64,000 bases of DNA from an uncultured Verrucomicrobiota bacterium. GTDB taxonomy: Bacteria > Verrucomicrobiota > Verrucomicrobiia > Limisphaerales > UBA9464. Below the pieces are notes generated by a model. The model was not told where the DNA came from and ran no database searches. It saw nothing but the letters and a program-made list of their open reading frames with translations. Where the stretch lies: contig CAIMMI010000051.1 in assembly GCA_903842505.1 (NCBI GenBank), forward strand, positions 3,290 to 67,289. The letters run 5' to 3'. Positions 8,808 through 17,137 of the stretch are shown piece by piece. The first letter of the stretch is position 1, and each line of letters opens with the position of its first letter. The position numbers were made by a program, and so were the translations under genes.

Positions 8808-8844
8808 GAGAGCCGGTCCTGAGTGGGACCGGCTCTCGCTTTTT
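8808..8844 (+). terminator. rho-independent terminator (+ orientation) with no CDS immediately upstream
   Basis: A perfect 12-bp stem (GAGAGCCGGTCC / GGACCGGCTCTC, 6-nt loop) is followed by GCTTTTT. The U-tract exists only on the + strand. The nearest + strand CDS (pgl) ends 413 nt upstream. Confidence 0.6.
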
Positions 8845-8847
8845 GGT

Positions 8848-8888
8848 GGATCGGATCGATCGGACGGATCCGTCGGATCGGACTGATC
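8848..8888. repeat. Fam-H GATC-rich palindromic repeat
   Basis: GGATCGGATCGATCGGACGGATCCGTCGGATCGGACTGATC with a perfect core palindrome GACGGATCCGTC. It lies 7 nt beyond the valS stop. Relatives are at 596-620 and 28737-28775. Confidence 0.8.
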
Positions 8889-8894
8889 TATGGG

Positions 8895-11603
8895 CTACTG
8901 GAGGGTGGAGAGGATCTGCTTCTCCTTGGCCTGCCAGTCGATGAGGCGTTGCTGGTGTTCGGCGAGGACGGAGGCGGGGACCTTCTGGGTGAAGGCGGGG
9001 TTGGCCAGCTTGTCCTGCACCTTCTGGATCTCCGAGCGAACCTTGGCCAGTTCCTTTTCCTGGCGGGCCTTCTCTGCCTCGACGTCGACGAGGCCGGCGA
9101 GGGGCAGGAAGAGTTCGCCGATGGCATTGGCGGCGACGGGGGTGCCCTTGGGGGCCTGCCAGTCGGCGGCGGCGAGGGTGAGGGCCTCGGCGTTGAGGAG
9201 GCCCTTGAGGATGTCCAGTTCCTCCTGGGGCAAGGGCGACGCCGGCCGCAGGACGAAGGGCACGCGCTTGTTGGAGGCGATGTTCGACTGGGCGCGCAGG
9301 TTGCGGCCAAGGGTGACGAGATCGAAGCGGGCCTGGGCGGAGGCTTCAACGACGGGATCGATGCGAAAGTACTCGCGTTCGTCGTCGTCGAAGGACTTCG
9401 GCCAAGCGGCGTAGAGGAGGGTCTTGCCGCCGCGGTCGGCCGGCAGGTCCGTGTTGAACGCCATGCCGTGCCAGAGTTCCTCGGTGATGAAGGGGAGGAA
9501 CGGATGGAACAGTCGGAGCGTGTGGCCGAGGACAAAGTCGATGACGGCGAGCTTGTTGTTCCGCTGGGCGACCTTCGCAGCGTCGGCGGGCGGTTCGCCT
9601 GGGGTGCCCAGGACCGCCTTGGAGGCCTCGACGTACCAGTCGCAGTACTCGCCCCAGAAGAAGCGGTAGAGCGTCGCGGTGGCGTCGCTGAACTTGTACT
9701 CGGCGAAGGCCTGGGTGACCTCGCGGATGGCGAGGTCGAGGCGGCCGAGGATCCAGCGGTCGTCGGTCGTGAGCAGGGCCGGGTTGACCTCCTGTTCGGT
9801 CTCGCCACCGTGCATCTGGCGGAAGCGGCAGGCGTTCCAGAGCTTGTTGCAGAAGTTGCGGCCCAGTTCGACGGCTTGTTCGTCGAACAGCACATCTTGG
9901 CCGAGCGGAGCGGCACGCATCACGCCGAAGCGCAGGGCGTCGGCGCCGTACTTGGCGATGAGGTCGAGGGGATCGGGCGAGTTGCCGAGCGACTTCGACA
10001 TCTTGCGACCCTGTTTGTCGCGGATGATGCCGGTGAAGTAGACGTTCTTGAACGGCAGGTCGCCCATGTACTCGTACCCCGCCATGATCATGCGGGCGAC
10101 CCAGAAGAAGATGATGTCCGGGCCCGTGACGAGATCGGTGGTCGGGTAGAACGCCTTGAGGGTGGCGTTGGCGGAATCGTTGGCCTTGTTGTCGGTCCAA
10201 CCCATGGTAGCGAAGGGCCACAGCCAGGAACTGAACCACGTGTCGAGGACGTCGGGGTCCTGGGTCCATCCGTCGCCGGCCGGGGCTTCGAGACCGCAGT
10301 GGATTTCATCGCCACGGTTCCACACCGGGATCCGATGCCCCCACCACAGTTGCCGGGAGATGCACCAATCCTGGATGCCGCCCATCCAGTGGTCGTAGAC
10401 CTTGGCCCAGCGGTCCGGGAAGAAGCGCATGGAACCGTCGGCGACGCAGGCCTTGGAGGCTTCGACGCTGGGGTACTTGAGGAACCACTGCTCGGAGAGG
10501 CGCGGTTCGATGGGGACGTCGGCGCGTTCGGAGAAGCCGACGTTGTTGACGTAGGGTTCCGCCTTGTCCAGGGAGCCAGCGGCTTCCATGAGTTCGGCGG
10601 ATTTCTTGCGGGCGGCGAAGCGGTCGAGGCCGGCGAGTTCGGCGCCGGCTTCGGCGGTCATCTTGCCGTCCGGCGTGAGGACATCGATGACGGGAAGCTT
10701 GTGGCGGAGGCCGATCTCGTAGTCGGCCTTGTCGTGGGCCGGGGTGACCTTGAGGACGCCGGTGCCGAACTCGAAGTCGACGTGGTCATCGGCAATGATG
10801 GGAATGACGCGCTGTTCCTTCGGGACGTCGAGTGGGAGCGCCTTGTAGACGTGCTTGCCGATCAGGTGCTGGTAGCGCGGGTCCTTGGGATTGACGGCGA
10901 CGGCGGTGTCCGCGGGGATCGTCTCCGGGCGGGTGGTGGCGATGGTGAGGAAGGTGCCCGGGTGTTCCACGACCTCGACGCGGAAGTGGTACATGAACCC
11001 GCGCTGCTCCTTCATGGTGACCTCCTCGTCGGAGAGGGCGGTCAGGGAGGCGGGGCACCAGTTCACCATGCGCTTGCCTCGGTAGATGAGGCCCTTCTTG
11101 TAAAGGTCCACGAACACGCCCTGGACGCACCGGGAGTATTCCGGGTCCATGGTGAAGCGGGTGCGGGTCCAGTCGCAGGAGGCGCCGAGGGCGCGGAGTT
11201 GCTTGAGGATGATGCCGCCGTACTTCTCCTTCCATTCCCAGATGCGGGCGACGAGGGCTTCGCGACCGAGGTCGTCGCGGTGCTTGATCTCGCCGGCCTT
11301 CTTGAGGGTCTTCTCGACGACGTTCTGGGTGGCGATGCCGGCATGGTCGGTGCCGGGCAGCCATAGGACCTCCTTGCCGTCCATGCGCGCCTTGCGGGCG
11401 AGGATGTCCTGGATGGTGTTGTTCAGGACGTGGCCGAGGGTCAGTACGCCGGTGACGTTGGGCGGCGGGATGACGATGGAATAGGCGGGGCGCGAAGCGG
11501 AGACGCGGGCGGGGTCTGCCGTGAAGCAACCCTGCTCCACCCAGAAGTCATACCACTTCGTTTCGACGGACTGTGGCTCGTAGGCCTTGGAGATCTCGGT
11601 CAT
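8895..11603 (-). CDS. valS: valine--tRNA ligase
   Basis: Begins MTEISKAYEPQSVETKWYDFW. HIGH-type motif PPPNVTGVLTLGHV, KMSKS motif (GRKMSKSLGN) and a C-terminal coiled coil are present. ATG 11603 was chosen; the track ORF extends 256 codons further through repeats. Confidence 0.95.
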   Translation of the reverse strand: MTEISKAYEPQSVETKWYDFWVEQGCFTADPARVSASRPAYSIVIPPPNVTGVLTLGHVLNNTIQDILARKARMDGKEVLWLPGTDHAGIATQNVVEKTLKKAGEIKHRDDLGREALVARIWEWKEKYGGIILKQLRALGASCDWTRTRFTMDPEYSRCVQGVFVDLYKKGLIYRGKRMVNWCPASLTALSDEEVTMKEQRGFMYHFRVEVVEHPGTFLTIATTRPETIPADTAVAVNPKDPRYQHLIGKHVYKALPLDVPKEQRVIPIIADDHVDFEFGTGVLKVTPAHDKADYEIGLRHKLPVIDVLTPDGKMTAEAGAELAGLDRFAARKKSAELMEAAGSLDKAEPYVNNVGFSERADVPIEPRLSEQWFLKYPSVEASKACVADGSMRFFPDRWAKVYDHWMGGIQDWCISRQLWWGHRIPVWNRGDEIHCGLEAPAGDGWTQDPDVLDTWFSSWLWPFATMGWTDNKANDSANATLKAFYPTTDLVTGPDIIFFWVARMIMAGYEYMGDLPFKNVYFTGIIRDKQGRKMSKSLGNSPDPLDLIAKYGADALRFGVMRAAPLGQDVLFDEQAVELGRNFCNKLWNACRFRQMHGGETEQEVNPALLTTDDRWILGRLDLAIREVTQAFAEYKFSDATATLYRFFWGEYCDWYVEASKAVLGTPGEPPADAAKVAQRNNKLAVIDFVLGHTLRLFHPFLPFITEELWHGMAFNTDLPADRGGKTLLYAAWPKSFDDDEREYFRIDPVVEASAQARFDLVTLGRNLRAQSNIASNKRVPFVLRPASPLPQEELDILKGLLNAEALTLAAADWQAPKGTPVAANAIGELFLPLAGLVDVEAEKARQEKELAKVRSEIQKVQDKLANPAFTQKVPASVLAEHQQRLIDWQAKEKQILSTLQ

Positions 11604-11710
11604 GACGCAGCCCGGGAGCCTGCCTGAAGGCGGCACCGGGGGGGAGATTGAATTTTTTGGGGAGGGAAGCCCGCGGAGGCGCGGAGGACATTGAGGGGGA
11701 TTTTTCCCCC

Positions 11711-11790
11711 AGAGGCGCAGAGGCGCAGGGGCGCAGGGGCGCAGGGGCGCAGGGGCGCAGGGGCGCAGGGGCGCAGGGGCGCAGGGGCGC
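11711..11790 (+). repeat. 8-bp tandem repeat, 10 units (2x AGAGGCGC + 8x AGGGGCGC)
   Basis: Counted directly. The array lies in the divergent spacer between valS (start 11603) and the 11997 gene, and is an expansion of dispersed Fam-I (CGCAGAGGCGCAGAGG). Confidence 0.95.
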
Positions 11791-11874
11791 AGAGGGGGGG
11801 CGCGCTGCCAAACGGATGTCCTAGGTGGGACATGAGTTTGGCAGAGGGGGCGGGGCGGGCAGACGGGGAGTTTT

Positions 11875-11902
11875 CCCGCAGAGGCGCAGAGGCGCAGAGG
11901 GG
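11875..11902 (+). repeat. Fam-I unit (CCCGCAGAGGCGCAGAGGCGCAGAGGGG)
   Basis: The same motif occurs at 19459-19486, and a variant GCGGAGACGCGGAGACGCGGAGAAC at 34915-34939. Confidence 0.85.
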
Positions 11903-11996
11903 GCAGTTGGCGGAACTTCATGAAGCTGTGACGGGAATGCCGGCTTCCCGCTATCTGAGGAGGGGAGAGTGTGCTCGAAGCAGTGAGAAATCCTCC

Positions 11997-14834
11997 ATGA
12001 AGACACAAACTCCTGAAATTCCTAAGACGGTTCTGTTGCGGGCCGTCATCCTTTTCATCGCCAACTCCATCCTGGCGGCTCCCGCCGGTCCGGTGCCGCA
12101 GGTGCCGGAGGGTGGAGCAGCGCCTGGTGTGTTTCCAAACACTTCGGTGACCGGGGTGAATGTGGTTGCCCGCGGATCGACAACCTTCAACAGCTCCGTC
12201 GACGTCGTCGGGCTGGAGGGGCAGGGGCCGATTCCGTGGTCGGTCAACCGCTTCAACCGGGGCGACTTCGCACTGCGGCTTAGCCCGGCGAATCCGGCGG
12301 CGGCCCTGAGCATCCTGGGGCAGGGTTTCCGCGAGTTCGGAGACTCCACTCCGGGTGTGGCAGCCAGCCATGCTTGGCGTCCGACGCCGGCTCTAGGGGT
12401 TGTGATGGCCTCGGCACGCCGGAATGGTCCGATCGACTGGAATGACGGTGAAGGTGCTTTCTATCCGACGATTGCGATCTCCCCGGCTTCGTCGGGCCCC
12501 GGATACAACATGTTGGACGGATCCTTCAGTGGCGGGAACCTCGACATCAACACGGGTCGTGCGGGCACACACGGGTCCAGCCCGGAAGCCAACTTCGAGT
12601 TTGGTGCAGCGTGGTTCCCCTATGACCAGGGCTGGATCGGGGGCGAAGCTGCCGGACCCACCGCCGAAGGCGGCGCGTCCTGGTCCGGTCCGTTGAATCA
12701 CTCGGCCGGTCTGGCGGCGGGTATCGTCAAGTGGATCGACTACCCTGCGTCCAGTGGGGCGTTTGGTGGGCTGGCGACGGTGACGTTGCCGGGTGTGAAC
12801 GTCCTCGAGGACGGAATGCTGTTCGCGATTTCCTCCGATGGCGGGAGCGACGTGAACATCCTTGGCGTGGATCCGCTCGACGATGGATCCGCCTGGCGCG
12901 TGACGATCCGTGAGGATTCGGCGATCGACGCGGAGACCCTGGTGGGTGCCGGGCAGTCGCGCTTCGAGTTCGTCTACATTCCGTTCAATGCCCAGCGCCT
13001 GATCGGCGGGCATGTGGTCGGAAGCACGGGGGCGAAGCGGAAGGCTGCGGGCGAGTTCACGGTGACGCGGACGGCGACCGGCACGTACGAGCTGAGCATC
13101 CCGGGGAAGAATGCTTCGAACGGAACGTTGTTGTTGCAGGTCGCGGACCGCGAGGCGGGCACGACGGAGCCGTTGGCGTCGCGGGCTTTTGCATCCTCCC
13201 AGTTTGCGAACGGCAAGTTCACGATCCAGACTCGGCGGACGGTGTCCGACAGCGAGGCGGAGTTGGTGGATGCGTCGTTCTACGCGGTGTGGGTGGACTT
13301 CGCGCAACCGCTGGCGATGCCGGACGGACCCCGCATGCGCGCGATCGGTCCGGTGGCGCTGAGCACGGACGAGACGGTGCTGCGGGAGACCGCGGTGGCG
13401 GCGTCCACGCACGTTGGAGAGGCTCTGGTGGTGTCGGTCGACCAGAACAACGCGGGCGGCTACACGGATCCGCTGAGCGGCCAGCCGGCGACTGCGGCGA
13501 TGGTGGGTCAGTTCGTGGACGCGAAGACGCTGGCACCGATCGGTGAGCGTTTCGTGATTCTGGGGTCGAACGTGGGCGGCATCACCAAGGCGGACGTCAC
13601 CTACAATCCGGTTTCGAAGCAGTACGTGGTGGTGGCGAGTGCTCGTTCGTACAACGTGAATACGAAGCATGTGCCGATGCTGGCCTTGGTGAACCCTTCG
13701 GCGGATGCGACACGGGTTGCGAAGGTGTGGGTGCATGATCCGGAGACGTTGGAGAACTACGATGACGTCGCCGTGGCCGCGGGTGCGCCGAACGGCAACT
13801 TCATGCTGGTTGCGGAGAAGGCGGCGACCGGCGAAGGCGAGACGACGGTGGGAGCGCTGTACAGCCAGACGGGCGAGTTGCTGACGCCGTTGGCGACGCG
13901 CGTGGATCCATTGCAGACCGTCGGGGATGAAGATGATCCGGACGTCATCTACCTGCCTCTCCGGGGCAAGTACTTCTACGTTTCGAACACGGACAACTCG
14001 AACGGTTCGACGGGGACGCTTTCGAACCGGATCGTGGGTTCGGTGCTGGAGACCACGCCGGGTGCGGGTGGGTCGTTGGTGGTGCGCACGGAGCAACCGC
14101 TGGGTGATGGCCTGCCGGCGCGGTCGGAAGGGCATCCTGCGTCGATTGAGAATCCGTTCAACGGACAGCTCATCACGGCGTACGACGCTGGCAACGACAC
14201 GTCGGCCGGTGACCTGTCCTACTTCGACCTGGGCGTGGCGCCGAGCTACGTCTTCAAGTCGGCGGGCGCGGAGGTTCCTTACCTGAGCGGCGAGCCGGGT
14301 GTTCCGTTCCGGCACCAGCATCCGCAGTTCGAGGCGGACCCGGTGTCCGGGACGATTGTCCTGACGATGAATGCGCGGGCAAGCGCAGTGGGCCTGCCGG
14401 ATGCACTGGCGTACTGGGTGCTCGGGCCGGACGGGCGGCCGTTGCCGGGGCAGCTTCCTGCTCCCTGGTTGCTGGCCGACGCCCCAGGCGGCATCAGCAA
14501 TTCCGCCAACTTCCATGGGGTGGCCTATTCGCCGGTGGCGCAGTCGTTCGTCATGGCCTACAGCGCGGGCGCCGGCGTGGTCCATGTGGCCGGCTTGCAG
14601 GTGACGTCCTCCCATCTCGCGCCGGCAGAGCGTCCGAGCCTGCGGGTGGCGCGGTCGGGATCCGCGGTCACGCTGGCCTGGCCTGCGTCGGCCTCGGGTT
14701 ACGTGCTGGAATCCGGCTCAACCCTGGGCGTCTGGAGCGCGGCCGGGCTGACGCCTTCGGTGGTGAACGGGGAAAACACCGTGACCACGGATGCCGCGTC
14801 TGGTGATCGGTTCTACCGACTGGTGCGCCCGTAA
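11997..14834 (+). CDS. large secreted hypothetical protein (945 aa) with C-terminal FYRL-type module
   Basis: ATG 11997 gives MKTQTPEIPKTVLLRAVILFIANSILAAPA, a signal peptide. No catalytic motif was recognised. The C-terminal half has recurring hydrophobic-strand motifs (QYVVVASARS, GNFMLVAEKA, GQLITAYDAG, GTIVLTMNAR, QSFVMAYSAG). The last 66 aa end in GDRFYRLVRP. Confidence 0.7.
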   Translation: MKTQTPEIPKTVLLRAVILFIANSILAAPAGPVPQVPEGGAAPGVFPNTSVTGVNVVARGSTTFNSSVDVVGLEGQGPIPWSVNRFNRGDFALRLSPANPAAALSILGQGFREFGDSTPGVAASHAWRPTPALGVVMASARRNGPIDWNDGEGAFYPTIAISPASSGPGYNMLDGSFSGGNLDINTGRAGTHGSSPEANFEFGAAWFPYDQGWIGGEAAGPTAEGGASWSGPLNHSAGLAAGIVKWIDYPASSGAFGGLATVTLPGVNVLEDGMLFAISSDGGSDVNILGVDPLDDGSAWRVTIREDSAIDAETLVGAGQSRFEFVYIPFNAQRLIGGHVVGSTGAKRKAAGEFTVTRTATGTYELSIPGKNASNGTLLLQVADREAGTTEPLASRAFASSQFANGKFTIQTRRTVSDSEAELVDASFYAVWVDFAQPLAMPDGPRMRAIGPVALSTDETVLRETAVAASTHVGEALVVSVDQNNAGGYTDPLSGQPATAAMVGQFVDAKTLAPIGERFVILGSNVGGITKADVTYNPVSKQYVVVASARSYNVNTKHVPMLALVNPSADATRVAKVWVHDPETLENYDDVAVAAGAPNGNFMLVAEKAATGEGETTVGALYSQTGELLTPLATRVDPLQTVGDEDDPDVIYLPLRGKYFYVSNTDNSNGSTGTLSNRIVGSVLETTPGAGGSLVVRTEQPLGDGLPARSEGHPASIENPFNGQLITAYDAGNDTSAGDLSYFDLGVAPSYVFKSAGAEVPYLSGEPGVPFRHQHPQFEADPVSGTIVLTMNARASAVGLPDALAYWVLGPDGRPLPGQLPAPWLLADAPGGISNSANFHGVAYSPVAQSFVMAYSAGAGVVHVAGLQVTSSHLAPAERPSLRVARSGSAVTLAWPASASGYVLESGSTLGVWSAAGLTPSVVNGENTVTTDAASGDRFYRLVRP

Positions 14835-14966
14835 TTGAAGCCTGCGAGCGATCGTGCGCCCCTTCCCGGGACCCGGGAGGGGGCGCTTTCCATTTCGGAG
14901 GACAGCCGACGAGCCAATGAACGCTTGCGTCGGGAGGGTGAAGTGGATGGCGTTGACGGGGCTTAC

Positions 14967-16184
14967 ATGCGCAACCGACCGCCGGCGATCGCCTTCATCT
15001 TCATCACGCTTTTCCTGGACATCCTGGGGATCGGGTTGGTGATCCCCGTGCTGCCGAAGTTGGTGGAGCAGTTCCGCGGTGGGGATCTGTCGGAGGCTTC
15101 GACGTTGGTGGGGCAGTTGTCGGCGGTGTATGCGCTGATGCAGTTCGTCTTCTCGCCGATCCTGGGGGCGTTGTCGGACCAGTACGGGCGCCGGCCGGTG
15201 ATCCTGCTGTCGTTGCTGGGGGCTGGGTTGGACTACTTCCTGATGGCCTGGGCGCCGACGGTGGGATGGTTCTTCCTGGGGCGGGCCGTGAGCGGTCTGG
15301 CGGGGGCGAACATCACGGCGGCGACGGCGTACATCGCGGACATTTCCCCGCCGGAGAAGCGGGCGGCGAACTTTGGGATCATCGGGGCGGCATTCGGTCT
15401 CGGGTTCATCGCGGGGCCGCTGTTGGGCGGGTTGCTGGGCGAGAAGAGCCTGAGGTTGCCGTTCATCGCGGCGGGTTGCGTCACGCTGGCGAACTGGTTG
15501 TACGGGTTCTTCGTGCTGCCGGAGTCGCTGGGGCAGGACGTGCGGCGGAAGTTCTCCTGGGCGAGGGCGAATCCGCTGGGATCGTTCCTGGGTCTGACGC
15601 GGAACCCCGTGGTGCTGGGACTGGCGGTGGCGCTGTTCCTGATGAACCTCGGCCAGTTCGGGGTGCACAACACGTGGGTGCTGTACACGGGGTACCGGTT
15701 CGATTGGAAACCGAGCGATGTCGGGATCTCGCTGGCGGTGGTGGGGATCACGGCAGCGATCGTACAGGGCGGGCTTTCCCGGGTGATCATTCCCGCCATG
15801 GGCGAGCGTCGGGCGCTTTCGTGGGGCTTCTTCCTGAACGGGCTGACGCTGGTGCTGTACGGGCTCGCGACCCGGGGTTGGATGATTTACGCGATCCTAC
15901 CCTTTGGCGCGGTGTCGGGTATCGGAGCGCAGGCGGGGCAGGGGATCGTGTCGAGGTCGGTGGGGCCGGATGAGCAGGGCTCGGTGCAGGGAGCGTTGGC
16001 CGGGTTGAACAGCGTGGCGGCGTTCGTGGCTCCGTTGGTGGCGACGAACCTGTTCGGGTACTTCATCGGGCCGCGTGCGCCGATGCCGTTGCCGGGGATT
16101 CCGTTCTTCCTGGGGGCAGCGTTGGTGTTTGCGGGATTGGTGGTGGCGATCGTGACGTTGAGGCGGGTGAAGTTTCAGGTTTGA
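14967..16184 (+). CDS. MFS transporter (DHA1 / TetA-like)
   Basis: ATG 14967 gives MRNRPPAIAFIFITLFLDILGIGLVIPVLP. MFS motif A-like GALSDQYGRRPV and about 12 hydrophobic segments are present. The last codons (VKFQV) overlap a Fam-A repeat. Confidence 0.85.
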   Translation: MRNRPPAIAFIFITLFLDILGIGLVIPVLPKLVEQFRGGDLSEASTLVGQLSAVYALMQFVFSPILGALSDQYGRRPVILLSLLGAGLDYFLMAWAPTVGWFFLGRAVSGLAGANITAATAYIADISPPEKRAANFGIIGAAFGLGFIAGPLLGGLLGEKSLRLPFIAAGCVTLANWLYGFFVLPESLGQDVRRKFSWARANPLGSFLGLTRNPVVLGLAVALFLMNLGQFGVHNTWVLYTGYRFDWKPSDVGISLAVVGITAAIVQGGLSRVIIPAMGERRALSWGFFLNGLTLVLYGLATRGWMIYAILPFGAVSGIGAQAGQGIVSRSVGPDEQGSVQGALAGLNSVAAFVAPLVATNLFGYFIGPRAPMPLPGIPFFLGAALVFAGLVVAIVTLRRVKFQV

Positions 16185-16296
16185 ACCTGGGTGGATTTCG
16201 CCGGGTGGGGGCACCCGACCTTCAGTGAAGGCCACGTGACCTCACGTGGCGGTTTGAGGGAGCGCCGGGTGGGGGCACCCGGCCTTCAGCGATGGG
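16167..16296. repeat. repeat mosaic (short Fam-A, two Fam-C-like units flanking a palindrome)
   Basis: CGCCGGGTGGGGGCACCCGACCTTCAG at 16199 and CGCCGGGTGGGGGCACCCGGCCTTCAG at 16263, flanking the palindrome CCACGTGACCTCACGTGG at 16233-16250. Confidence 0.8.
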
Positions 16297-16311
16297 GAGA
16301 TGTTCGCCTGA

Positions 16312-17103
16312 TTACGGTTGGACGAATCGGGGCGGGTAGACGGGGCGGCCGGAGACACGGGCGAGGTGGGTGGCGAAGCGGCGGATGCCTTCACGGGCCG
16401 GGGCATCCATGAGGTACTGGATGTAGCCGCCGAGGTAGGCCTGACGGAAGGGTAGGTCATACTCGCTCCGCGACGCGACGATGGAGGGTAGGGCGGCGAG
16501 GCCGGCCTGGGCGGAGTCGAGGAGTTGGCGTCGGAGGGCGGCGGGCGCGTTGCGTTGGAGGACCCAGGCAGCGTAGGTGAACGGAAGCTTCTCCTGTTCT
16601 TGCCACAGGGTGCCGAGGTCGAGCCATTGGTGGCCGGACCTTCCGGGTTGGCCGTCGATGCAACCCTCGTTGCGTCGGAAGTCGATGGCGGCGTTTCCGA
16701 TGAGGAGCACGTTGTCGAGGGAGGGGGCTTGGTCGTAGCGGTCGAGCGGGGTGAACTCCGGGTGGAGACCCTGGGCATCGAGCAGGATTCGGAGGAGGTT
16801 GACCGAGGTGCAGGAGGCGGTGTCGAGATGGATCCGGCGGATCTCCGGGAGCGGTTGGCGATGGGCGAGACCGACACTGAAGACGGGGCCGCGGGAAAGG
16901 ATGCCGACGCCGTCGAGGATCTCGTGTTCGGGATGGAAGAGGGCCTCGGTGATTGAAAGGAGCGCTGCATCCAGGCGGCCGGCGTGCAGTTCGACGGCAA
17001 GTCGGGAGGGTGGGAGGAGGACGACGGTGTCGCCGAGGCCGTAGGTCAGCGGGACGGCGTTGAGGTAATGGACCGAGCCGATGCGGTGCGGTGAAATGTT
17101 CAA
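16312..17103 (-). CDS. mqnA: chorismate dehydratase (futalosine-pathway MqnA family)
   Basis: RIGSVHYLNAVPL near the N-terminus and LDLGTLWQEQEKLPFTYAAWVL match the MqnA pattern (G.I.FLN..PL ... DLG..W...TGLPFVFA.W). There is no in-frame ATG after the upstream helicase stop, so TTG 17103 is proposed as the start. The track ORF over-extends to 17352. Confidence 0.7.
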   Translation of the reverse strand: MNISPHRIGSVHYLNAVPLTYGLGDTVVLLPPSRLAVELHAGRLDAALLSITEALFHPEHEILDGVGILSRGPVFSVGLAHRQPLPEIRRIHLDTASCTSVNLLRILLDAQGLHPEFTPLDRYDQAPSLDNVLLIGNAAIDFRRNEGCIDGQPGRSGHQWLDLGTLWQEQEKLPFTYAAWVLQRNAPAALRRQLLDSAQAGLAALPSIVASRSEYDLPFRQAYLGGYIQYLMDAPAREGIRRFATHLARVSGRPVYPPRFVQP

Positions 17104-17137
17104 GGCGTCGGGGTGCGGTGAAAGTGGAGTGGCTGGA

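Noticed and set aside
8580-8822. 80-aa ORF upstream of the orphan terminator
   Set aside because: It has a Trp/Gly/Ser/Leu-rich composition, no start context and no motifs. The region is better explained as non-coding RNA or UTR (see finding).
8823-11366. 847-aa ORF on the + strand
   Set aside because: It is entirely antisense to valS, which has unmistakable class I synthetase motifs. Its product is a G/E/D/A/V/L-rich low-information sequence, typical of the antisense frame of a GC-rich gene.
11604-11996. T-box or other leader RNA upstream of valS, and an attenuator or riboswitch upstream of thrC (24021-24411)
   Set aside because: Both spacers are composed mainly of dispersed repeats. I could not find a specifier loop or T-box motif, or any riboswitch core I recognise. 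This cannot be excluded without a covariance-model scan.
11604-12371. N-terminal 256-codon extension of the valS ORF
   Set aside because: The extension reads through the 8-bp tandem repeat and Fam-I units (..APLRPCAPAPLRPCAPAPLR..). The conserved ValRS sequence begins at MTEISKAYEP (ATG 11603).
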